31,037 bases of DNA from IMG/VR virus record IMGVR_UViG_3300006143_000002; one strand, 5' to 3'. Shown piece by piece: positions 8,139-15,467 of this stretch. Below the pieces are notes generated by a model, which saw nothing but the letters and a program-made list of their open reading frames with translations, was not told where the DNA came from and searched no databases. The translations under genes were made by a program, and so were the position numbers. Each line of letters starts with the position of its first letter. Positions within the stretch are counted from its first letter, which is position 1. This DNA comes from a virus (lineage: Duplodnaviria; Heunggongvirae; Uroviricota; Caudoviricetes).

Positions 8139-10313
8139 TTATAAATCTTTATTATCTAAATGTAATACTCTTTCTTTAATTTCTTGTGTTCTACCTCTAT
8201 TCCAGAAATTACTTCCTATATAACCACAAGTACGTCTAGCAACATTCATTTTATTATGGTCTCTGTTTCCACAGTTAGGGCAGTACCATTCTAAATTTTC
8301 ATCAACTAGAATTTCTCCATCAAAACCACATTTTTGACAATAATCAGATTTAGTATTAAGTTCTGCATACATAATATTTCCATATATGAATTTTATAACT
8401 TGAATTACTGCATCTAAGTTATTTTGTAAATTAGGTGTTTCAATATAGGAAATTGCACCTCCAGGAGATAGTTTTTGAAAATCACTCTCTAATTTTAATT
8501 TTGTAAATGCATCAATTTCTTCAAATACTGGTACATGATAAGAGTTTGTAATATAATCCCTGTCTGTTATTCCTTCTACAACACCAAATCTTTCTTTTAA
8601 TTTTTTAGCAAATTTATATGTTGTGCTTTCAATAGGAGTACCATATACTGAATAATCAATATCTTCTGCTGCTTTCCATTTTGCACAAGCATCATTCAAA
8701 TGTTGCATTACTGCTAAACCAAATTCTTTACCTTCTCCTGTATGAGAATATCCAGTCATATATTTAACACACTCATACAAACCAGCATAACCTAATGAAA
8801 TTGTTGAGTATCCGTGATGTAATAATTCATGAATACTTTCACCTTTTTTCAATCTTGCTAATGCACCATTTTGCCACATGATAGGAGCAACATCTGATAT
8901 TGCTGTACTTAATCTTTCATGTCTACATTGTAAAGCTTTGTGACATAATTCTAATCTCTCATCAAATATTTCCCAGAATTTATCCATATCTTTTTTAGAA
9001 GATAAAGCAATATCAGGTAAGTTTATTGTTACAACACCTTGATTAAATCTTCCATAATATTTAGATTTATTTTTATCATAGTTTAATGCTTTACCATAAT
9101 TTTCTGTTTGTCTATCTGGTGTTAAGAAACTTCTACAACCCATACAAGGATAGCAGTTTCCATTACCTGATTTATCTTTCTTTAATTCTTTCATAACTTT
9201 TTCAGAAATATAATCAGGAACCATTCTTTTAGCAGTACATTTTGCTGCTAATTCTGTTAGATACCAATATTTACTATCTTCATAAATATTATCTTCTTCT
9301 AACACGTATAAAAGTTTTGGAAATGCTGGTGTTATATATACACCTTGTTCATTTTTAAATCCTAAAATTCTTTGATTTAAAAATTCTTCTATTATCATTG
9401 CTAACTCATCTTTGTATTCATCTGTCTCCCCTAGATACATACATACAGATAGAAATGGTGCTTGACCGTTAGTGTTTGTCATAGAATTTACTTGATAATT
9501 AAATGTTTGAACTCCAGCCTCAACTTCTTTTTTAGTATCTAATTTAGCAAATTCTTTTGCTTTCTCTTCGTCTAAACCTCTATTAATATATTCTTCTAAA
9601 TATTTATTATAACTATCTCTTACAAATGGTGCTAGATGTGTTAAAGATACTGTACAACCACCATATTGAGATGAACTAACACCTAAAATTATTTGTGTTG
9701 CAATAGTAGATGCTGTTATAAATTTATGTGGTTTCTCTATCATAACACCATTTATAATAGTTCCATTTTGTAACATATCATCTAAATTGATTAAACAACA
9801 ATTATGTATTTTTTGTGCAAAATAATCAGCATCATGGAAATGTAATATACCTTTGTCATGTGCTTCAACTATTTCTTTTGGTAATAAAAATCTTCTTGTT
9901 ATATCTGTGCTTGTAGTACCTGCGATATAATCTCTTTGAGTAGTTACAACAATAGCATTTTTATTAGAATTTTCTGTATTCCAATATTCACTATCACCCT
10001 CAATTAATTCTTTAATTGTTTGGTCTGTTGTATTTTGTTTTCTAACTAACTCCCTTTGATACCTATAAACAATATATTTTTTTGATAATAAATTCTTACC
10101 AAAGTCCATTAATTTATTTTCAATAATATCTTGAATTTCCTCAACACTTATTTGTTCTTTGTTTAAATCTTTAATGTGTTTGATTATTTCTAATATTTCC
10201 TCATCTGTTGCTCTTTCTTTTACAACTACTTCAGCATTAGCTTTGTTAATTGCAACTTTGATTTTATCTTCGTCAAAATGTGTAATCTTACCATCTCTCT
10301 TGATTACTTCCAT
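8139..10313 (-). CDS. nrdD: Anaerobic (class III) ribonucleoside-triphosphate reductase with N-terminal ATP cone
   Basis: VIKRDG ATP cone; HNCCL, MGCRSFL; Zn site CQKC...CPNC; glycyl-radical loop RRTCGYIG. Confidence 0.97.
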   Translation of the reverse strand: MEVIKRDGKITHFDEDKIKVAINKANAEVVVKERATDEEILEIIKHIKDLNKEQISVEEIQDIIENKLMDFGKNLLSKKYIVYRYQRELVRKQNTTDQTIKELIEGDSEYWNTENSNKNAIVVTTQRDYIAGTTSTDITRRFLLPKEIVEAHDKGILHFHDADYFAQKIHNCCLINLDDMLQNGTIINGVMIEKPHKFITASTIATQIILGVSSSQYGGCTVSLTHLAPFVRDSYNKYLEEYINRGLDEEKAKEFAKLDTKKEVEAGVQTFNYQVNSMTNTNGQAPFLSVCMYLGETDEYKDELAMIIEEFLNQRILGFKNEQGVYITPAFPKLLYVLEEDNIYEDSKYWYLTELAAKCTAKRMVPDYISEKVMKELKKDKSGNGNCYPCMGCRSFLTPDRQTENYGKALNYDKNKSKYYGRFNQGVVTINLPDIALSSKKDMDKFWEIFDERLELCHKALQCRHERLSTAISDVAPIMWQNGALARLKKGESIHELLHHGYSTISLGYAGLYECVKYMTGYSHTGEGKEFGLAVMQHLNDACAKWKAAEDIDYSVYGTPIESTTYKFAKKLKERFGVVEGITDRDYITNSYHVPVFEEIDAFTKLKLESDFQKLSPGGAISYIETPNLQNNLDAVIQVIKFIYGNIMYAELNTKSDYCQKCGFDGEILVDENLEWYCPNCGNRDHNKMNVARRTCGYIGSNFWNRGRTQEIKERVLHLDNKDL

Positions 10314-10343
10314 TATTATCTTCTCCTCTCAAAAAATGTATTA

Positions 10344-10356
10344 CATTAATATTTTA
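10344..10356 (-). promoter_or_regulatory. Variant of the putative late motif upstream of nrdD
   Basis: 13-bp core TAAAATATTAATG matches the motif but flanks differ; 31 bp upstream of the start, as in other copies. Confidence 0.5.
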
Positions 10357-10432
10357 ATAGAAATTCAGTATCAATCTTGCTTCGAATTGATAACAATTTT
10401 ATATATTTGTCAAGTATTTCTATTTAAAATAT

Positions 10433-10466
10433 TGAAAGATGTTTACACTATTATAAACATCTTTCA
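10433..10466 (-). terminator. Hairpin or terminator closing the baseplate unit
   Basis: Perfect 13-bp stem TGAAAGATGTTTA / TAAACATCTTTCA with 8-nt loop, just after the gp25-like gene. Confidence 0.7.
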
Positions 10467-10486
10467 GACTATTAATATTGCATATT

Positions 10487-10879
10487 TTAGTAATAAGTTG
10501 TATCTGTTGTATAATCTAAATTTACTTCTAATTCTTCAATAGTTCCTGTTATTAGATTAGTGTATAGTATATAAATATATACATATCTATCTTTTCTAAT
10601 GATTTGTATATCATCTTTATTTATAGTACATCTTTTTTCCCATATAGATGCAGCTTCCATAATGTCTTCTTTACATAAATCTGCAAGAATAACACCATTA
10701 TATTGATATATTCTATTTATTAGATTACAACCATACCCAGGTTCACCCATTAATTCTCCTGGTCTTGTTCTTAAAAGAATACCTAAACATTCATTAACAC
10801 TTTTTTCATCTGTCGATAATCTTGTTTTTCCATTTATTCTATCTATCATTGTTGGAAATGCAAAAGTTGTAAATTTCAT
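10487..10879 (-). CDS. Baseplate wedge protein, T4 gp25 / GPW-like
   Basis: SVNECLGILLRTRPGELMGEPGYGCNL...WEKR signature; start moved to ATG 10879 behind GGAGGT. Confidence 0.88.
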   Translation of the reverse strand: MKFTTFAFPTMIDRINGKTRLSTDEKSVNECLGILLRTRPGELMGEPGYGCNLINRIYQYNGVILADLCKEDIMEAASIWEKRCTINKDDIQIIRKDRYVYIYILYTNLITGTIEELEVNLDYTTDTTYY

Positions 10880-10892
10880 AATTATATACCTC

Positions 10893-12575
10893 CTATTCAT
10901 TTAATTGTTGGTTAGGGTAGAATTTAGTAACTGCATTTCCCATACCCAAAAACAGTAACGGATTTATTGGTGTCCCATCCATTTGAATTTCGTAGTGTAA
11001 GTGGTCTCCTGTTGAATTTCCTGTACTATCTCCTGCTCCTACTGGTTGCCCAGCTTTTATCTCATAAGTTCCTGGAGTAAAGTACGGTTTAGATAATGCT
11101 CTATCCATGTGTCCATAAATTATAGTCCAATTATGTCCTGCTTCATTAAATTTTATCTTTACATGATAACCATAACCACTGTTAGAATCTGTAACTGTCA
11201 TTGTACCATTATGAGATGCATAATATAATTCTCCCCTACTGATATTGAAATCAACACCAGCGTGTGGTTTAAGACTTCCATTTTGATACATTGTTTTATA
11301 GCTACCAAAATAAGTATTGATTTTATGTGCTTTGTATTGGTGATGTAATGTACCACTAAAGAAATCAGATTGATAAGCTGCAACAACTTCATCTTTCAAA
11401 GGAGATACAATAGTAATACCTCTGTAAGAAGTTGCAACTAAATCACCTATCATAGTTAATCCAGCATCTACTAACTTACCTTGTTTATATAATTCTCTAA
11501 TATAAACTGGAGCATTACTTCTTCTAGGCTTATATTGATTATGGAAACTTGTAGGTAAGTATGTGTCAAAGAACCATACTTGAAATTTCTCAAAATCTTG
11601 CATCATACTTGAAGGAGAGTTTGAATATGATGATATTACTTTATTTAGATTTTCTTGATTTACATTTAGGCTAGAAGGATTTTTAGCTGCATTTTTCAAT
11701 TCTGAACCAATAGAACCATATTGATGTACAATATCTCCTACCATAATAATTATTGCTGGATTTGTAATTCCTGAATCCATTAAACCTTGAACAACATTAG
11801 TTAAATCTGCTCTTAATTTGGTAAGTTGCACTTTTTTACCTACACTTGAAACCAACATTGATTTTATACTAGAAATTGTACTTTGATTTGATGTTCTTCC
11901 TATTATATTTAAGTCAAACTTACTAGAATAATTACCCCCATTACAATCACTATCTAATGCTTTGTATAAATCACTACTTTTATCTCCCCAATTATTTCTC
12001 CAATTTCCATCTTCTCTTGCAATATCTAATAATAGATTATATGCTCTTGTAGCATCCCATTGTCCTATTCCAACAGTCCAATATTTAGATGTATTCGTAT
12101 TATAATTTCCATAAGCATAATCAGATATATTATTATCCCAAGCATCTGATAATGTTGGCATTGTTCCTTGGCTCATTTCATTGTGAATAACTAATGGTGC
12201 TAATAATTCTGCAATTCCTGATGCATCTAAACTGTCTCCACCACCAATACCACCTGAAGGAAAACAAGATGCGTCTCTTCCAATAATTAAATAATCCCCA
12301 TTTGTGTTATTTAATGCAGAAACATATACAAGGTCACCTTCATTTAGATTTTCAACAGTATTGTAAGCCCATGGGAACTTCCTATACCCTTTTGCATTTT
12401 TCTTATCTGATTCATTTATATATGTTTTATACATATTTTCAAGTTCCATTTGAATACTTGGTATATATACCTGTGCTCTTTTAGAATCTCCAGAAGGGTC
12501 ATCACTACTATTTTTATTGACTACATAAGCAGACATAACTTTCATATAGTAAGTTATTTTATTTGAAATATCCAT
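10893..12575 (-). CDS. Baseplate central hydrolase: gp5-like OB-fold, putative lysozyme-like domain, M23 peptidase
   Basis: N-terminal DDP..SKRAQVYIP...FPWA...GDLVYV...YLIIG (gp5 OB-fold-like); central GIGQWDATRA; C-terminal HAGVDF, YGHM, STGNSTGDHLHYEI (M23 HxxxD/HxH). Confidence 0.82.
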   Translation of the reverse strand: MDISNKITYYMKVMSAYVVNKNSSDDPSGDSKRAQVYIPSIQMELENMYKTYINESDKKNAKGYRKFPWAYNTVENLNEGDLVYVSALNNTNGDYLIIGRDASCFPSGGIGGGDSLDASGIAELLAPLVIHNEMSQGTMPTLSDAWDNNISDYAYGNYNTNTSKYWTVGIGQWDATRAYNLLLDIAREDGNWRNNWGDKSSDLYKALDSDCNGGNYSSKFDLNIIGRTSNQSTISSIKSMLVSSVGKKVQLTKLRADLTNVVQGLMDSGITNPAIIIMVGDIVHQYGSIGSELKNAAKNPSSLNVNQENLNKVISSYSNSPSSMMQDFEKFQVWFFDTYLPTSFHNQYKPRRSNAPVYIRELYKQGKLVDAGLTMIGDLVATSYRGITIVSPLKDEVVAAYQSDFFSGTLHHQYKAHKINTYFGSYKTMYQNGSLKPHAGVDFNISRGELYYASHNGTMTVTDSNSGYGYHVKIKFNEAGHNWTIIYGHMDRALSKPYFTPGTYEIKAGQPVGAGDSTGNSTGDHLHYEIQMDGTPINPLLFLGMGNAVTKFYPNQQLNE

Positions 12576-12586
12576 GTAATGACCTC

Positions 12587-14185
12587 CTAATTTCTTTTAT
12601 TTCTATCTTTTAATCTAAATACTTCTATTGTAGTTGTAAATAAACCATTACTGTTTATGGTATCTTTTGCACCTAATGTATAATATTTTCCTTGAGTTCT
12701 ACTAACAGATTCTAATATGACTGGTTTTATATCTAATAATACACCAATAGGAATATCGCAAGGCATACCTACTAATGTAAGTTTTGCTTTATAGAATTCT
12801 TCTGTTGTATTTGATAATTCTTTTATCTTACTATCTAATACTGCATTTGCAGCTAATACACCTAATGCAACACTACCTGAAACAATAAGACTGATTACAG
12901 ATTTTGCAGCTCCTGTAATATCTGATGATTCCCCTTTTACTATACCATTTATCTTATTCTTAGCATCTTCTACTGCATTTTTTACATTGTTTCCTGTATC
13001 TTTGAGTGTACTATTAACTGCATCTTGTATTTTTTGTAATGCTAATTTTTTATGCTCATTTTCTGCTCTTGTTAGTAGGTAATTTCTAACACTTACATCA
13101 GGTTGCCAGTTTATTACAATACTATTTTTTTGATTATACCATGTAAAGTTAAAATTTATTGGATATGCTTCTTTTCTAGTATTTTCGTCATCTTTAGAAG
13201 ATATAAAGGCAATATGTATTGTAGGTACACCAGAGCCTCCTGAATCAGTTATATATAAAGTGTAGTAAGGTCTAAATTCATCATCTTCTAAATCATAATC
13301 AGGATTTTTAGTATCTCCATTAAATCTGGAATCATTTATATTCACAGTTTTATTTAGCACTTCTTTACAATAATCTATAGCCGTCATCTCATTCATTTGT
13401 GGCATATATACATTACTAGAACTATTCATTAAATCAGCAGGTATATCTATATTCATTGCAGGTGAAATTCCTTTTTTAACATCATCATGTTGGTTATCTA
13501 TATTCCCAGAATAATCTTGTGGAAGTTGACTTATAGTTGCTTTATTTCCATGATAGTACCATAGTATCCATAATACTAAATCCAAACCTTTCCATCTTCC
13601 TTCTTCTGTTTCACTATTACCAATTTCATCAAAAGAATATGTAATACTTGCACCTGATATTATACTATTTCCAGATATAGTATAATATGTTTTTCCATTT
13701 GTATAATCAATAGAAGGTATAATATCCAAAATTAATCCTTCATATAAAGGGCTAACTATTTGTGTATTTCCTGTAACATTATATCCATATTGAAATTTAC
13801 AATAAAACATATCCATTGCTTCTTTATATTCAGTAGTATTCATTGCTTTATATATTAACTCATCCAACTTCTCAACATTTCCCTTAGTATCTTGTCCATA
13901 ATGAAATAAGTCATAAGCTACTTTAAATGTAAATTTATTTGCAACACCAGCACCACATTTTTCATAGTCTAATCCTATAAATAAATTTTTATCTCTATTT
14001 GTACTACTTGTATCGAATATTATTTGATGTTTGCTAGATTTACCTATGACTAATTTTATCCATACAGAATATATATTATTATCATTTATCATATCTGTAA
14101 CAGAAGTAAGCATGTTTTCAAATCTTTTAGACATAGTATTCATGTCCATTACAGCAGTAGTATTTGCATTAAAATTTCTAGCCAT
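12587..14185 (-). CDS. Putative baseplate hub protein (gp27 / Mu gp44-like)
   Basis: Lies between the gp53/LysM-like and gp5-like genes; C-terminal AKLTLVG.P...GKYY....DTINSNGLFTTTIE pattern; start moved to ATG 14185 behind GGAGG. Confidence 0.65.
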   Translation of the reverse strand: MARNFNANTTAVMDMNTMSKRFENMLTSVTDMINDNNIYSVWIKLVIGKSSKHQIIFDTSSTNRDKNLFIGLDYEKCGAGVANKFTFKVAYDLFHYGQDTKGNVEKLDELIYKAMNTTEYKEAMDMFYCKFQYGYNVTGNTQIVSPLYEGLILDIIPSIDYTNGKTYYTISGNSIISGASITYSFDEIGNSETEEGRWKGLDLVLWILWYYHGNKATISQLPQDYSGNIDNQHDDVKKGISPAMNIDIPADLMNSSSNVYMPQMNEMTAIDYCKEVLNKTVNINDSRFNGDTKNPDYDLEDDEFRPYYTLYITDSGGSGVPTIHIAFISSKDDENTRKEAYPINFNFTWYNQKNSIVINWQPDVSVRNYLLTRAENEHKKLALQKIQDAVNSTLKDTGNNVKNAVEDAKNKINGIVKGESSDITGAAKSVISLIVSGSVALGVLAANAVLDSKIKELSNTTEEFYKAKLTLVGMPCDIPIGVLLDIKPVILESVSRTQGKYYTLGAKDTINSNGLFTTTIEVFRLKDRNKRN

Positions 14186-14597
14186 ATAAGATTCCTCCTT
14201 TTTCATATAATGAAGTTAAGGATGGTATTCTTAATACTGTTCCATAAGGAACATCAAATGGGTCTATTATATAATTAGCTAATGCAATAACCCACCAATA
14301 TTTAGCAGTTGTATAACATCTAAATGAAACTAAATCTAATCTATTTTCTGTTTCTATACCAACAATATAAGTTGATTCTTCATCTTCTTTATCAACTGTA
14401 TATTGATTCATTGTTTCATGATATATCTTTGCAGTATCTTTATCTTGAATAGTTCTTACATTTTTATATCTACTTACATTTCTATATTCTCTTGGGTTTA
14501 GATATTCTAAATCTTCAAACTTTTCTCTAAATTGGGCTAAATAAGCAGGTGATATATTACTATTTCTAATTGTAAATTTTATATTTTTTGTTGACAA
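14178..14597 (-). CDS. Baseplate wedge protein with LysM-like fold (T4 gp53 / P2 gpX-like)
   Basis: RLDLVSFRCY...YWWVIALAN.IIDPF.VPYGTVLRIP; TTG start with GGAGGT RBS. Confidence 0.8.
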   Translation of the reverse strand: MSTKNIKFTIRNSNISPAYLAQFREKFEDLEYLNPREYRNVSRYKNVRTIQDKDTAKIYHETMNQYTVDKEDEESTYIVGIETENRLDLVSFRCYTTAKYWWVIALANYIIDPFDVPYGTVLRIPSLTSLYEKGGILYG

Positions 14598-14614
14598 TAT
14601 CTTCTACCTCCTAT

Positions 14615-15355
14615 CTATGTTTTTATAATATTTCCATTTTGAAAATCTTTAAGACTTCCTGTTCTTTTTGTACTTCTGTTATAATTTTTATGTTGTGAGT
14701 AGTTCATAACATTACTACTTCCACCCCTAGATGGGAATTCTGTACTATAAGTATTTTGTGTACTTGTATCTCCAGATATAAGGTCATTCGCAGATACAAC
14801 AGAATCAGGATAACATTTCATTGATATATTTACTGTATTACAACCATAGAATGTATTTATAATAGGTTTTTTCCAAGTTGTTGAATAACTTTCTACAAAT
14901 CCTTTTAAAATCATTTGTCCAAATATGAAATATGTTGTTGGTGGTATTGTACCACTATTTGTATATTGAGGGTAACATGACATTTGTAACATTTTATTCA
15001 AGTCTACATACCATGTTCTACCACCAAATACACCACTTCCATAATCTATTTGTTTTCCTGCTGCTTGATTTATTTTAACATCACGATATGATGTTCCTTG
15101 GTCAGCAGCAATTTCATGTAGATTTTGGTCAGTAAGTGAATAGCTTCCAGTCAATAAATCTCTATGTAAATCTAAACTAAAACTTACAGATTTTAAACTT
15201 GTTCCTGCATAAGCAGCTATTGATGATGACCTACCTATAATAGATTGTTCTTCCCAATTTGCATTTATACTCTCAGTTACCTCATTTGGGTATAGTGGCA
15301 TTTCAATTAAGTATTCTGATTCTCCTCCGTAATCCAAATGTCTTTGGTTGACCAT
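14615..15355 (-). CDS. Putative tail-tube initiator / baseplate tube-like protein (main frame; true 5' end uncertain)
   Basis: P.EVTES..ANW....IIGRSS....YAGT....VSFSL and YP.Y.....PP.....FG....KG patterns; no RBS in front of ATG 15355. Confidence 0.62.
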   Translation of the reverse strand: MVNQRHLDYGGESEYLIEMPLYPNEVTESINANWEEQSIIGRSSSIAAYAGTSLKSVSFSLDLHRDLLTGSYSLTDQNLHEIAADQGTSYRDVKINQAAGKQIDYGSGVFGGRTWYVDLNKMLQMSCYPQYTNSGTIPPTTYFIFGQMILKGFVESYSTTWKKPIINTFYGCNTVNISMKCYPDSVVSANDLISGDTSTQNTYSTEFPSRGGSSNVMNYSQHKNYNRSTKRTGSLKDFQNGNIIKT

Positions 15356-15467
15356 ACTTTAGAAGCATATAACATTCCCATTGCTGAAATCCATTACGTC
15401 CTGTATCTTCATCTAAATTTATAAAATTAGATTGTGTTGCATTTACTACACCATTCATTCCTGCCAT
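15303..15467 (-). CDS. 54-codon frame, probably the out-of-frame N-terminal part of the tube-initiator gene
   Basis: ATG overlaps the TAA of the dockerin gene (TAATG) with AGGTGAG RBS; translates MAGMNGVVNATQSNFINLDEDTGRNGFQQWECYMLLKYGQPKTFGLRRRIRILN*. Confidence 0.6.
   Translation of the reverse strand: MAGMNGVVNATQSNFINLDEDTGRNGFQQWECYMLLKYGQPKTFGLRRRIRILN

Noticed and set aside
8139-10313. Intron or intein in nrdD
   Set aside because: The ORF is continuous and of normal length with no visible insertion.
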